DNA of 64,000 nucleotides. Source: Treponemataceae bacterium (GTDB lineage: Bacteria; Spirochaetota; Spirochaetia; Treponematales; Rectinemataceae). Position numbers and translations under genes: made by a program. The notes beneath the pieces were generated by a model. That model was not told the DNA's origin, searched no databases, and saw only the letters and a list, made by a program, of their open reading frames with translations. Shown here one piece after another: positions 37,329 through 47,195 of this stretch (the first letter of the stretch is position 1; each line of letters begins with the position of its first letter). The stretch lies in contig CAXXVZ010000005.1 in NCBI GenBank assembly GCA_963678065.2, positions 480,001-544,000 of the forward strand. Reading direction: 5' to 3'.

Positions 37329-38387
37329 TCAGCCGAGATCGTACTCGTGGGCCCTCTCCTCGCCTCGCAGGACGCGCAGGGCACCCTGGGCGAGGGATTC
37401 GAGCTCGTTTTCTCCGGGCAGGATTTCCACGGGGGCGATGAACTCGACCCGCTTGCGTATCCATCCCACGAAACTGTCGAGGTAAGCCATGCCTCCGGTT
37501 ATCACGATGCTGTCGACCGCGCCGTCGACCACGGTGGCGAGTTCTCCGATGGCCTTCGCGATCTGGTAGGCCATGGCCTCGAACACGAGCTTCGCTTTCC
37601 CGTCTCCAGCCGCGACCATGGCGTCGACCGCGCGCGCGTCGTTCGTCCCGAGGAGAGCGACAAGTCCGCCCTTGCCCCGGAGCTTCTTCATCATGGTCTG
37701 TTTGTCGTGGACATAGCACAGCGAGACGAGGTCTTTGCCGGGGACGCGGCCCGCCCTCTCGGGGGAGAAAGGCCCCTCGTCGTCAGAGGAGATGTCTATC
37801 ATTCTCCCTCCGGAGTGCACGGAGACCGAGGTCCCGCTGCCCAGGTGGGCGACGATGATGTTCATGTCCGCGTAGGGCCTGCCCGCGGCGGCCGCGCTGC
37901 GGATGGCCGCTGCGCGCATGTTGAGGGCGTGGGAGAAGCTCTTGCGGCTCACCTCCGGCATGCCTGTGATCCTGGCTATGTCCTCCAGCTCGTCCACGGC
38001 CACCGAGTCGTAGATGAAGGAGGGAATGCCGAGCGGCTCCGCGAGCTGCCAGGCGATGACAGCGCCGAGGTTGGATGCGTGCTCCACGACGGGCCTGTGG
38101 AGAAGTCTGTCCACCATGGACTCGTTGACGCGGTAGGCCCCGGACTTCACTGGCGGGAGGAGTCCTCCGCGCCCGACGACAGCCGCAAGCTCCGAGGAGT
38201 CCACGCCAGCCGCGGCCAGGGCCTCGCGCACGGCTTCGAAGCGCATGCGGTACTGCTCGCCGATGGTCGCGAATTCTTCGAGCGCGGCGGCCGGATGCTC
38301 CACCGAAGTCTTGAACACGAGTCTGTCGTCGTCGTAGAGGGCTATTTTCGTCGACGTAGAACCGGGGTTGATGGCGAGTACTTTCAT
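37329..38387 (-). CDS. buk: Butyrate (branched-chain/aryl carboxylate) kinase
   Basis: INPGSTSTK, GRGGLL, HASNLG, HALN, AHLGSG, GPFSPERAG, PGENE; ATGA overlap. Confidence 0.95.
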   Translation of the reverse strand: MKVLAINPGSTSTKIALYDDDRLVFKTSVEHPAAALEEFATIGEQYRMRFEAVREALAAAGVDSSELAAVVGRGGLLPPVKSGAYRVNESMVDRLLHRPVVEHASNLGAVIAWQLAEPLGIPSFIYDSVAVDELEDIARITGMPEVSRKSFSHALNMRAAAIRSAAAAGRPYADMNIIVAHLGSGTSVSVHSGGRMIDISSDDEGPFSPERAGRVPGKDLVSLCYVHDKQTMMKKLRGKGGLVALLGTNDARAVDAMVAAGDGKAKLVFEAMAYQIAKAIGELATVVDGAVDSIVITGGMAYLDSFVGWIRKRVEFIAPVEILPGENELESLAQGALRVLRGEERAHEYDLG

Positions 38388-39088
38388 TGCGCTCTCCTTG
38401 GGGCGGAGCTGGCGGCGGAAGGCCGCGACTTCTTCTTGGCGAAGGCGAGGATGGCGCCAAGGGCTATGGAGAGGAAGGCGGCGGCGAGGACGCGGTACTC
38501 GGGCGGCAGGAGAAACGTGAGGGTGTGGGCGGGTATCCAGAACAGCGGGATGGTTTTGAACAGCACAAAGCCGACGAAGCCCTTCCAGTCGATCCGCGCC
38601 ACGATCCCGGCGACGCCGACCCGGGCGCCCGGCCTCTCGGATTTCAGGTCGATGATGGTATCGGTGAAACGGTGGGCCAGCATCATGGTCGGCGCGAAGG
38701 TCGTGTTCATCGTCGCGCTCACGAAGAAGGCGAAGAGAAACTTCGAATCCCTGCCGGGCAGAAGCCCTTTGGCCATCGCGCTTCTGACGCCGGAGCCAAA
38801 GATTTCGAAGACGAGGACGATGGCGACGCCGAGGAGTCCCCAGACGAGGGCGCGCCAGGCCAAGCCTTTCGGCCTCGCCCAGCTCCCCGAAACGATGCGG
38901 AGGGCGAGGAGCTCTCCCATCGTCGCGAGGACGAAGAATTTTGCGAAGGCGACGAGGTAGGGATGGGCGGCCGTCGCCGCCACGAAGAGTCCGCGGGTCG
39001 CGGGGGCGAGAAGGAAGGCCGCCACTGCGGCGATGACGGCGGCCCAGAGGAGGTCCCGCCAAAAGTTGCCGCAAAGCGCCCTGTTCAC
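38384..39088 (-). CDS. Integral membrane protein, Mpv17/PMP22-like
   Basis: Hydrophobic; KFFVLATMGE and C-terminal FWIPAHTLTFLLPPEYRVL resemble the Mpv17/PMP22 W-P-x-Q-x2-NF-x2-VP-x2-YRVL motif; GTGA/ATGA coupled to ptb and buk. Confidence 0.7.
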   Translation of the reverse strand: MNRALCGNFWRDLLWAAVIAAVAAFLLAPATRGLFVAATAAHPYLVAFAKFFVLATMGELLALRIVSGSWARPKGLAWRALVWGLLGVAIVLVFEIFGSGVRSAMAKGLLPGRDSKFLFAFFVSATMNTTFAPTMMLAHRFTDTIIDLKSERPGARVGVAGIVARIDWKGFVGFVLFKTIPLFWIPAHTLTFLLPPEYRVLAAAFLSIALGAILAFAKKKSRPSAASSAPRRAQ

Positions 39089-40017
39089 ATCGACACCGCC
39101 GCGGCGAGGGCCAGGGAGAGGTACTTCTCCTCGGCCGAGGCCCCCCGCGAGGTCAGCACGACGGGGGCGGCCGCGCCGACGACTATGCCCGCCATGCGGG
39201 CGCCCGCGGAATACACGAGGCACTTGCCGAGGATGTTGCCGGCAGTGATGTTCGGCACGACGAATATGTCGGCCACTCCTGCGACCGGGCTCGAGTAGCC
39301 CTTCAGCTTCGCGGATTCGGCGTTCACGGCGAGGTCGTAGGCGATCGGCCCTTCCACCACGCAGCCGGCAATCTCGCCCGCGAGGTTCATGCGCTTGAGC
39401 GCGGCCGCGTCCACCGTCTCGGGCATCTTCTCGTTCACCGTCTCGACGGCGGCGAGGACCGCGACCTTCGGGTTTTCATACCCGAGTCTGCGAAGGGTGG
39501 CGACGGCGTTCTCGATTATCTGCTTTTTCTGCGCGAGGTCGGGATACAGGAGCATGCCGCCGTCCGTGGCGACCACGAACCTATCCCGGCCGGGAACCCC
39601 GAAAAAGGCGAGGTGGGACATGACACTTCCCGTGCGCAGCCCCGACTCCCTGTCGACGACAGCCCGGAGGAGTTCAGCCGTCTGGAGCTTGCCTTTCATG
39701 AGAAAATCCGCCCTCCCCTCCCGCACGAGCCCGACGCCCGCCGCCGCGGAGGCGGCCTCGTCTTCCGTTTCCACGATCGTCAACGAGGATGCATTGTCGG
39801 GCTGCGCGCCGGGAAGGCCCGCCTGGGCAAGCTTTCCTATCGAGGCCTCGATGAGCGCCCTCTTCCCCACGAGAATCGGCTCGACGAGGCCGTCGGCCCT
39901 GGCGGCGAGCACTGCCTCCAGGGCGTGTTCGTCCTGAGCCTCGACGAGAGCGACCCTGCGGAGCCTGCCCGCCCCCTTCACGCTCGCGACAAGTGTTTCG
40001 AAGTTGGAGAGTTCCAT
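39085..40017 (-). CDS. ptb: Phosphate butyryl/acyl-transferase
   Basis: LMKGKLQT, SH, TDGGM, ENAV, AAVETVNEKMPETVDA, VEGPIAYDLA, GNILGK, LTSRG. Confidence 0.92.
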   Translation of the reverse strand: MELSNFETLVASVKGAGRLRRVALVEAQDEHALEAVLAARADGLVEPILVGKRALIEASIGKLAQAGLPGAQPDNASSLTIVETEDEAASAAAGVGLVREGRADFLMKGKLQTAELLRAVVDRESGLRTGSVMSHLAFFGVPGRDRFVVATDGGMLLYPDLAQKKQIIENAVATLRRLGYENPKVAVLAAVETVNEKMPETVDAAALKRMNLAGEIAGCVVEGPIAYDLAVNAESAKLKGYSSPVAGVADIFVVPNITAGNILGKCLVYSAGARMAGIVVGAAAPVVLTSRGASAEEKYLSLALAAAVSM

Positions 40018-40029
40018 GCGGCCTCCCGC

Positions 40030-40623
40030 TCAACTCGCCACAGCCGCGGCGCCCGCCCCGAAGGCGGCGATGTTGAGCTCGACGAAGGCCGGCTTCACGC
40101 TCGCCCGGATCTTTTCCTTCCAGTCTATCGGCGCGAGGGCGCCCGAGGACTCGAGCGCTCCGACGAGGGCCCCGAGGAGAACGATGTTCATGGACCTGAC
40201 GCTCCCGAGTCCCAACGCGATTCCGGCCGCGTCGATCACCGTCGTATCGGCCACCGCCTTCACTTTTTCGAGCACGTCGGCGGGGTAGGGAACGTTTCCG
40301 GACAGGATGGGCGAGGAGGGAATGCGGTAGTTGTTGACAATGACCTTTCCGCCCGGCTTGAGGAAATCGAGCCAGCGGAGCGCTTCCATAGCCTCGAAGG
40401 CGACGAGGATGTCGGCCTCTCCCCTGCCGATGATGGGGGAGAATACCTGACTGCCGAAACGGACCTGGGAGGAGACCGCGCCGCCGCGCTGGGACATCCC
40501 GTGAACCTCGGCCATCTTGACGTCGTAGCCGGCCTCGAGGAGGCCGGTCGACAGGATCTTGCTGGCGAGGATCGTTCCCTGACCGCCCACGCCGACCAAA
40601 AGGACGCTCTTCGTGTCACTCAT
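40030..40623 (-). CDS. iorB: Indolepyruvate:ferredoxin oxidoreductase subunit beta
   Basis: GVGGQGTILAS, EVHGMSQRGGAV, NIVLLGA. Confidence 0.93.
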   Translation of the reverse strand: MSDTKSVLLVGVGGQGTILASKILSTGLLEAGYDVKMAEVHGMSQRGGAVSSQVRFGSQVFSPIIGRGEADILVAFEAMEALRWLDFLKPGGKVIVNNYRIPSSPILSGNVPYPADVLEKVKAVADTTVIDAAGIALGLGSVRSMNIVLLGALVGALESSGALAPIDWKEKIRASVKPAFVELNIAAFGAGAAAVAS

Positions 40624-42403
40624 GCTTCGCACCTGCCTTGGATATCGCCTTCTTGGGACAGACCTGGACGCAGACTTCGCAGCCGACGCACTGGGCCGGA
40701 TCGATCTTCACCTTCTTCGTCCCGGAATCGTACTGGAGAGCGGGACAGCCCGTGCGCACGCAGGCGCGGCAGCCGTTGCATTTTTCCTGGTCGACTTCGC
40801 AGGTTCCCATCCAGTCGCCGAACTCGGATTTGTCCTCGACCGAGAATTTCTTGAGCACGCAGGGCCAGCGAGTGATGATGACGACACTCTCGTTCTGCTG
40901 GAATGCCCAGTCGAAGGCCGCCTTCGTCTCGTCGAGCCTGTTCGGATTCACCGTCCGGACCTTATCGACGCCGAGGGCGCGCACGAGAGCCTCGAGGTCG
41001 ACGGCCTTGGTCGGCTCCCCTGAAAGCGTGTAGCCGGTGCCGGGATTGTCCTGATGGCCGGTCATGCCCGTGATCCTGTTGTCCAGGATGCAGGTCACGG
41101 TGTTCGACTTGTTGTAGACCGCCCCGAGGAGGCTGTTCATGCCGGTGTGGAAGAAGGTCGAGTCACCGATGACAGCGACGTTCCTCGTCGGGTCGCCGAA
41201 GCGTGTGAAGACCTTGGCCGCGCCGTGGGCCATACTCGCGCTCGCGCCCATGGCGACGCAGGTGTCGGCGGCGCTGAGAGGTGGAAGTCCCCCGAGCCCG
41301 TAGCAGCCGATGTCGCCGTTGATCATGATGTTTTTATACTTGCCGAGAACATGGAAGAAACCGCGGTGCGGGCATCCCGCGCAGAGAACGGGGGGACGGG
41401 CCACCAGGCCGGAAGTATCGGCGCCGACAAGGGTCGGTTCTTTGCCAAGAAGGGAGCGCGCGACGATCTCGGGGTCGAGCTCGCCCGTTGTCGGCAGAAG
41501 GCTCTTGCCCGTGCACTCGATGCCGGCTGCCTTGATCTGCTCCTCCATGAAGGGGTCGAGTTCCTCGACGACGTAGAGCTTCCCGACCTTCGCGGCGAAG
41601 TCGCGGATCTTCCGCATGGGGAGAGGATTCGTGAAACCGAGCTTGAGGTAGGAGGCTCCTTCCCCGAAGACTTCGCGGGCGTACTGGTAGGCGGCGCCCG
41701 CGGTCACGATGCCGATCGCGGGATCGTGCATCTCTTCGCGGTTGAGCTCTGTCCCGTTGGAGAACTCCTCGAGGGCAACGAGCTTCCTCTCGAGTGACTC
41801 GTGCAGCTTCCTGGACACGGCGGGTACGGCATAATACTTGTCGATATTGCGTGCGTAGGGTCGCTTCACCGCCTCGCGGACCTCGCCGGGAACGACGGGA
41901 GTCTTGCTGTGGCAGATGCGCGTCGTCATCCGGAAAAGGACGGGCATGTCGAAGCGCTCGCTCAGCTCATAGGCGTCGACGACCATGTCCTTGCACTCCT
42001 GGCTGTCGGAGGGCTCGACCATGGGCATTTTCCCGAATTTCGCATAATGCCGGTTATCCTGCTCGTTCTGCGAAGAGTGAAGCCCGGGTTCGTCGGCCGA
42101 GACAAGGACGAGTCCGCCGTTGATGCCTGTGTAGGCTATGGTCATGAGAGGATCGGCGGCGACATTCACGCCGACATGCTTCATCGCCGCGAAGGCCCTC
42201 GCGCCCGCGACCGAGGCTCCGAAAGCGGATTCCAGGGCGACCTTCTCGTTGACAGCCCACTCGGCCACGACTGCGCCGCCGTTTGCCGCGATATTCTCGA
42301 GTATTTCCGTGCTGGGAGTTCCCGGATAGGCGGCCGCGAAGGCGACGCCGGCCTCGAGCACCCCCCTCGCGACGGCCTCGTTTCCTGTCATCAGAATCTT
42401 CAT
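40616..42403 (-). CDS. iorA: Indolepyruvate:ferredoxin oxidoreductase subunit alpha
   Basis: MTGNEAVARG, YPGTPSTE, MKHVG.NVAAD, SSQNEQD, RPPVLCAGCPHR, GDIGCY, GDSTFFHTG, TGMTGHQ, C-terminal 2x[4Fe-4S] motifs. Confidence 0.95.
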   Translation of the reverse strand: MKILMTGNEAVARGVLEAGVAFAAAYPGTPSTEILENIAANGGAVVAEWAVNEKVALESAFGASVAGARAFAAMKHVGVNVAADPLMTIAYTGINGGLVLVSADEPGLHSSQNEQDNRHYAKFGKMPMVEPSDSQECKDMVVDAYELSERFDMPVLFRMTTRICHSKTPVVPGEVREAVKRPYARNIDKYYAVPAVSRKLHESLERKLVALEEFSNGTELNREEMHDPAIGIVTAGAAYQYAREVFGEGASYLKLGFTNPLPMRKIRDFAAKVGKLYVVEELDPFMEEQIKAAGIECTGKSLLPTTGELDPEIVARSLLGKEPTLVGADTSGLVARPPVLCAGCPHRGFFHVLGKYKNIMINGDIGCYGLGGLPPLSAADTCVAMGASASMAHGAAKVFTRFGDPTRNVAVIGDSTFFHTGMNSLLGAVYNKSNTVTCILDNRITGMTGHQDNPGTGYTLSGEPTKAVDLEALVRALGVDKVRTVNPNRLDETKAAFDWAFQQNESVVIITRWPCVLKKFSVEDKSEFGDWMGTCEVDQEKCNGCRACVRTGCPALQYDSGTKKVKIDPAQCVGCEVCVQVCPKKAISKAGAKHE

Positions 42404-42492
42404 CCACATCCTCCCGCCGCGGGACTCGGCCTGGTTCCCTCTTCTGTCAGAGGCGGAACCGGGACGGGCGGGCGCGGCAAACACCCTGTACA

Positions 42493-42509
42493 TGCAAGGA
42501 GCGTGCCAA
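42493..42509 (-). promoter_or_regulatory. sigma54 (-24/-12) promoter of the ior operon
   Basis: Minus strand reads TTGGCACGCTCCTTGCA, an exact TGGCAC-N5-TTGCA match ~90 nt upstream of iorA, with an AT-rich upstream region. Confidence 0.85.
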
Positions 42510-42791
42510 GAATTGACGTGATTTGAGAAAGCCTAACTCGTTGCTGCAGAGGGATCGAGAAATGAACGGGAAAAAACCCAGATTGATTTTACTGCACCAA
42601 AAGGGTCTATTGGATTTTACGGTATCATATCTTGATCCCGTATACCCCGTAAATCAATATCTTTGCAGCGAGCTTGCAGGGTATGAAAACCATTCCCGAA
42701 TCGCGGCCCGATCATCGCATCGCCTGCTGGACAGACAGATATCGATGGTTTATCGTTTCGCATCATCGGCAGGAAGCGACAGGACACTACC

Positions 42792-43682
42792 ATGGCTGAC
42801 GGCGAGATACTCGAAAAGACAACCTACCAATTTCCTTCGTCGGTATATGATTCCGGCGGTTTTTTTCTCGGAGAATTCGAATATCTGTGGCATATCGAAG
42901 CATACGACATCACCTACATGAGCGACGGACTCCGCATAAAGGGTTTTTACGTCGTGCCCAAGGGGCGGGGACCGTATCCGTGCATCATATACAATCGCGG
43001 CGGGAACCGGGAGTTCGGCTCGATCGGAGCCTTGGCGATGGTGAATCTGCTCTGCCGTTTCGCAAGCTGGGGCTATCTGGTCGTCGCAAGTCAGTATCGG
43101 GGCGGATGCGGCAGCGAGGGGCACGACGAGTTTGGCGGCGCCGACCTGGCCGATGTTCTCAACCTTTTCCCCCTGCTCGATGGAGATGAGAACGCCGACT
43201 CCTCCAGGATAGGCATGTACGGTGGCAGTCGTGGTGGCATGATGACCTATCTGGCCCTGACGAAAACGAACCGCGTCAGGGCGGCCGTCATCCGCTGCGG
43301 AGTTTCCGATCTGACGACCTGGACCGACGACAGGAAGGATATGGAGGAGGTCTACAGGGATCTGATTCCAGACTTCGCCACGCAAAGCGAAGCGGCGCTC
43401 GAGCAAAGGAGCGCCGTATATTGGGCGGAAAAACTCTGCCCGACGACCCCGATACTGATAATACAGGGTACGGCCGACTGGCGGGTCAACCCGCTATCCG
43501 CCCTGCATATGGCCGGAAAGCTTTTGAGAATCCGGCATCCGTTCAGACTCGTGATGCTGGAAGGAGCCGATCACGCTTTGTCCGAATGCATCCCGGAGCG
43601 AAACAGGCAAACCCGGCAATGGTTTGACAGATTCGTACTGAATCGGGCCGCGCTTCCCGAGATGCTTCCCCACGGGGACTGA
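42792..43682 (+). CDS. S9 family peptidase / alpha-beta hydrolase
   Basis: YMSDGLRIKG, IYNRGG, QYRG, DEFGG, G-G-S-R-G nucleophile elbow, GTADWRV, GADH. Confidence 0.88.
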   Translation: MADGEILEKTTYQFPSSVYDSGGFFLGEFEYLWHIEAYDITYMSDGLRIKGFYVVPKGRGPYPCIIYNRGGNREFGSIGALAMVNLLCRFASWGYLVVASQYRGGCGSEGHDEFGGADLADVLNLFPLLDGDENADSSRIGMYGGSRGGMMTYLALTKTNRVRAAVIRCGVSDLTTWTDDRKDMEEVYRDLIPDFATQSEAALEQRSAVYWAEKLCPTTPILIIQGTADWRVNPLSALHMAGKLLRIRHPFRLVMLEGADHALSECIPERNRQTRQWFDRFVLNRAALPEMLPHGD

Positions 43683-43718
43683 TGTGACAGCGGGCGCCGC
43701 GGCAAAGGAGGCGCTCCC

Positions 43719-44774
43719 TCAGGATTCCCTGGCGGTATCGATAAAATCGGCGGCTATTCCCTCAGGAGGAAAACCGAGAAGGCTCGTATTGACCTTCAGA
43801 AAATATTCTCCGGCCGCAGCTTCGGGCATCAGGATGTTCTTCTTCCGCAATCCTTCCATAAATCGCGCATGACGTCCGGGATCGCTTCCCCTGTTGCTGA
43901 ATTTAAGACCGAAGATATTGCTTCCCCTCTGAATCCTGTCGACGAGAAAAACGCCGCTGTTCGCGAGCGCGTCGATCAAATCCTCCGAGATGCGGACGGC
44001 CTCGGAGAACTGGGCGTCAAAACTCTGCAACGATTCAAGCGCGAGGCTCGCGAATATCCAGGCCTGGTTCAGGCCTCCGCCGAACATCCGCCTCTCGTGG
44101 TATATCCCGTCGAGCAGATCGCCAGGTCCCGCGAGAACAGCTCCGGAAGGAGAGCCGAAATACTTGTACAGGGACACGTAGACGGTATCGAAGCTGGAGG
44201 CGTAGTCCCGCACCGCTACCTTCGTGTAGTGCGAGGCGATGAAGAGCCGCGCCCCGTCCAGGTGGGTCCCGATTTTCTTTTCTCGCGCCCAGGCCGTGAT
44301 CCGCAGCATTTCTCCATAGTCGAAAGTCTCGCCGTGGCAGCGCCGCACAGGATTCTCTATCGCCAGAGCCCCGACTCCGGTCTTCACCCTCGTCTGCAAT
44401 GCATCCGCATACGCGCTCCGGGCTTCTTCACACGTATACCCGGCGCGATGATGCCCCAATGGTATGAGGCTGAAACCGGAGAGCCTGGAAAGGGCGTCGC
44501 CCGAGTCCTGATACATGTGGCTTTGTTCCTGCACGAGGACGCGATCGCCCCTTTGCGCCAGAGCCCTGATGGCGAGGTGGTTTGCGAGGGTGCCCGTGGG
44601 CATGAAAACCGCCCGCTCCTTGCAAAGAAGGGCGGCCATCTCCGATTCGAGTTCCTCGATCTCTCCGCCTATCGAGTACGCGTCCTGTACGATACCCCGC
44701 TTCGCCGCCTTGCCCAGAGCCTCGGCTATTTCGCCACAGGAATATTCCGGCGCATCATACCTGAACGAAATCAT
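43719..44774 (-). CDS. Low-specificity L-threonine aldolase family PLP enzyme
   Basis: AVFMPTGTLAN, IENP, HLDGARLF, VSLYKYFG. Confidence 0.85.
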   Translation of the reverse strand: MISFRYDAPEYSCGEIAEALGKAAKRGIVQDAYSIGGEIEELESEMAALLCKERAVFMPTGTLANHLAIRALAQRGDRVLVQEQSHMYQDSGDALSRLSGFSLIPLGHHRAGYTCEEARSAYADALQTRVKTGVGALAIENPVRRCHGETFDYGEMLRITAWAREKKIGTHLDGARLFIASHYTKVAVRDYASSFDTVYVSLYKYFGSPSGAVLAGPGDLLDGIYHERRMFGGGLNQAWIFASLALESLQSFDAQFSEAVRISEDLIDALANSGVFLVDRIQRGSNIFGLKFSNRGSDPGRHARFMEGLRKKNILMPEAAAGEYFLKVNTSLLGFPPEGIAADFIDTARES

Positions 44775-44778
44775 AGTC

Positions 44779-45531
44779 TCACTCCGCCTCGACGAAAGAA
44801 TGAAGGAATTTCAGGACATCGGCGGCCATCGCGTCCAGAATGACCCTCCCCTTCTCAGCGGTCGCGGCGAGCGGTTCGCCATTGATGCCGCTCACAGTCT
44901 TCATCGGACCTTTCAGGGTGATGAAAAGGGCGCCGGATTCGCTCCTCATATTCAGCAATTCCCGCGAGGCATCGTTCACAGCGCGGTCCAGATTGACAAG
45001 GTCCGGCCTGACCGCCAGCACGCAGGAAGTCTCGCTCTCGTCGCCGTGCCCGCCGCCCTTTTCGATACAGACCTGTTTCTTTTCTTTTTTCCCGAGCTCC
45101 GAAATATTCGTGACCGCGACCCGGACTCCGAGTTCGTTCGCGAGATCGTAGGACACGATAGCCAGCGGGCCTTGGGTGGAAACCCCTCCATCGAGGAGGA
45201 GAAACTTCTTCGCCCCGTGCCTCGCGTAGTTTCTCACGATGTCACTCACGAAATTGATGAAGTTGCCTGATCCTATGGAAACAGTTCCGGGCCAGTCGAC
45301 GAAGGCGGGGAAATAGGCATAGTTCAGGGTCGGGAGCATCAGGATCCCGGGGCCGGATTCCGCTGCGACGATACGCGCGATCTCGTCGATCACATACATG
45401 TCGGTTCCGAGCGGAAGGTGATAGCCATGCTCCTTCGTACCACCCGCGATGGGCAGCACGACTATGGCGTTCTGACCGAGGAGCATCTTCGCTTCCGGCC
45501 AGGATATTTCTGAAAGCTGTTTCGCCGCCAC
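44779..45531 (-). CDS. Creatininase family amidohydrolase
   Basis: EHGYHLPLGTD, PGT, GHGDESETS, SGING, ATAEKG; GTG start. Confidence 0.88.
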   Translation of the reverse strand: MAAKQLSEISWPEAKMLLGQNAIVVLPIAGGTKEHGYHLPLGTDMYVIDEIARIVAAESGPGILMLPTLNYAYFPAFVDWPGTVSIGSGNFINFVSDIVRNYARHGAKKFLLLDGGVSTQGPLAIVSYDLANELGVRVAVTNISELGKKEKKQVCIEKGGGHGDESETSCVLAVRPDLVNLDRAVNDASRELLNMRSESGALFITLKGPMKTVSGINGEPLAATAEKGRVILDAMAADVLKFLHSFVEAE

Positions 45532-45532
45532 C

Positions 45533-46312
45533 TCAGGCCTCCCCGAGAATATTCTGAATCGTTCCGCCGAAAACCATACGGCGGTCTTCCTCGCTGCTCA
45601 TGGCCGAATACAAGAGATCGTATTCGGCGCCCTGCGGATTGGCTCCCCTTTTCGAGCCAAAAGGAATATCGGAGCCGAAGCAGATTCTCGACGCCCCGAG
45701 TTCAGCCAGAGCCGCCTTGAAGGTCGGAAGGTCCCTCACGGTCGAGGTCTCGAAATATACATTCTCGTATTTCCCGAGCGCCGCGACATTCTCCATGACA
45801 CACTTTCCCGTAAAAGGCTCGCATCGTCCCATGTGGGCGATTATCAGTTTGATGTCGGGAGCGATGGCGAGAATGGCTTCGGCGCTCTCGACTATCGCGC
45901 GAGTCGGAAAGTGAGCCACGAGCGGCAATCCGGTAGAGGCGATTTGCCTGTAAATCCGTTTTGAATCGAAGCGTTCCGGTTCCAGAAGGAAATGCTGCTT
46001 GAAGCCCCTGAACCCGCGCGAGGCCCAGGCACGTGGTTCGTCGTCGACGAGGGCGAAGGGGATGATTCTGTCCTTCCATTCCTTCCACGCGTCGAGAACG
46101 TAGGAATTGGCTTTTTCCGGATCGACCTCGGCCAGGGGAAAGGGGAAGACGACAGCCCTGTCGACTCCGTTTCGGCTCATGGAGTCCACGAGCTCGTCGC
46201 GGGTCTGGCACATTTTGTCCTGAAAGGCCGGCTTTTTTAGTTTTTCCGGCGATATCTCGCGGACAATGAACTCCATCAATCCAAGGTGGGTGTGGGCATC
46301 AATTATTTCCAA
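45533..46312 (-). CDS. Amidohydrolase_2 family metal-dependent hydrolase
   Basis: IIDAHTHLG, GFKQH, IAHMG, NVYFETS, FGSDIPF; TTG start. Confidence 0.85.
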   Translation of the reverse strand: MEIIDAHTHLGLMEFIVREISPEKLKKPAFQDKMCQTRDELVDSMSRNGVDRAVVFPFPLAEVDPEKANSYVLDAWKEWKDRIIPFALVDDEPRAWASRGFRGFKQHFLLEPERFDSKRIYRQIASTGLPLVAHFPTRAIVESAEAILAIAPDIKLIIAHMGRCEPFTGKCVMENVAALGKYENVYFETSTVRDLPTFKAALAELGASRICFGSDIPFGSKRGANPQGAEYDLLYSAMSSEEDRRMVFGGTIQNILGEA

Positions 46313-47195
46313 TTTTTTTCGTTCCCTTCCTTTTCAATTTAGGATCAAGGACGTCCCGCAAGGTATCGCCGATCAGAGTCCAGCCCAGAACGAAGGACAC
46401 TATCGCGATCGAGGGGAAGGTGTAGGTGTACCAGTAGTAGAGTGGCTGCCCCTCGATACCGAGAAGCCAATTCCTGGAAAAGTTGATCATCTGGCCCCAA
46501 TCGGCGAATCCGGGTTCGGCTCCGACTCCGATGAAACTCATGGAGGCCGCTATCAGCACGGTGACTCCGATATCGATGAAGGCGAGGACGAGGACAGGAA
46601 AAATCGAATTAGGCAGAACATGGAAGAGAAAATTTTTCCACTCGCTGACGCCGATGGTCCGCGCGGCAGTGACATAGTCCTTGTTCTTGATCGACAGGAC
46701 CTCGCTGCGCATAACCCGCGCGTACTGGCGCCATCCGAATATGATCAGCGCCAGTATCACTTTGTCCTGCCCTTTGCCGAGGACGATGCTGACGATTATG
46801 ACGGCGATGAGAAAGGGAAAACTCATGAACAGATCGGTTATCCGCATTATCACCATGTCGCAGGTCCCGCCGATGTAGGCGCCTATTCCGCCAAGAGCCA
46901 CGCCGATGAGCAAAGTTATCGACACGACGATAATGCCGACTCTGAAGGAATTTCTCGCACCCCAGACCATGCCGTAAAAAATATCGTAACCGCCGCCGGT
47001 GGTCCCCAGCACAGCCTTCGGCGAGGGAGGAGAGGGCAACGATGAGTAGCCGACCCTCCGCATCGAGTAGGGAGCATCCGGGTTCTTGGGCGCGGCGAGC
47101 ACTGGAGCAAGGAGGGCTATCACGGCCCAGAACAGGATGATGGCGATTCCCGCGGCCCCCAGGGGGTTTTTGAGTACCCTTTTCAGGTTATCCAT
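46299..47195 (-). CDS. Peptide ABC transporter permease (DppC/OppC)
   Basis: LGTTGGGYDIF, MRITD, YARVMRSEVLSIK..DYVTAARTIG, HVLPN, GDTLRDVLDP. Confidence 0.93.
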   Translation of the reverse strand: MDNLKRVLKNPLGAAGIAIILFWAVIALLAPVLAAPKNPDAPYSMRRVGYSSLPSPPSPKAVLGTTGGGYDIFYGMVWGARNSFRVGIIVVSITLLIGVALGGIGAYIGGTCDMVIMRITDLFMSFPFLIAVIIVSIVLGKGQDKVILALIIFGWRQYARVMRSEVLSIKNKDYVTAARTIGVSEWKNFLFHVLPNSIFPVLVLAFIDIGVTVLIAASMSFIGVGAEPGFADWGQMINFSRNWLLGIEGQPLYYWYTYTFPSIAIVSFVLGWTLIGDTLRDVLDPKLKRKGTKKIGNN

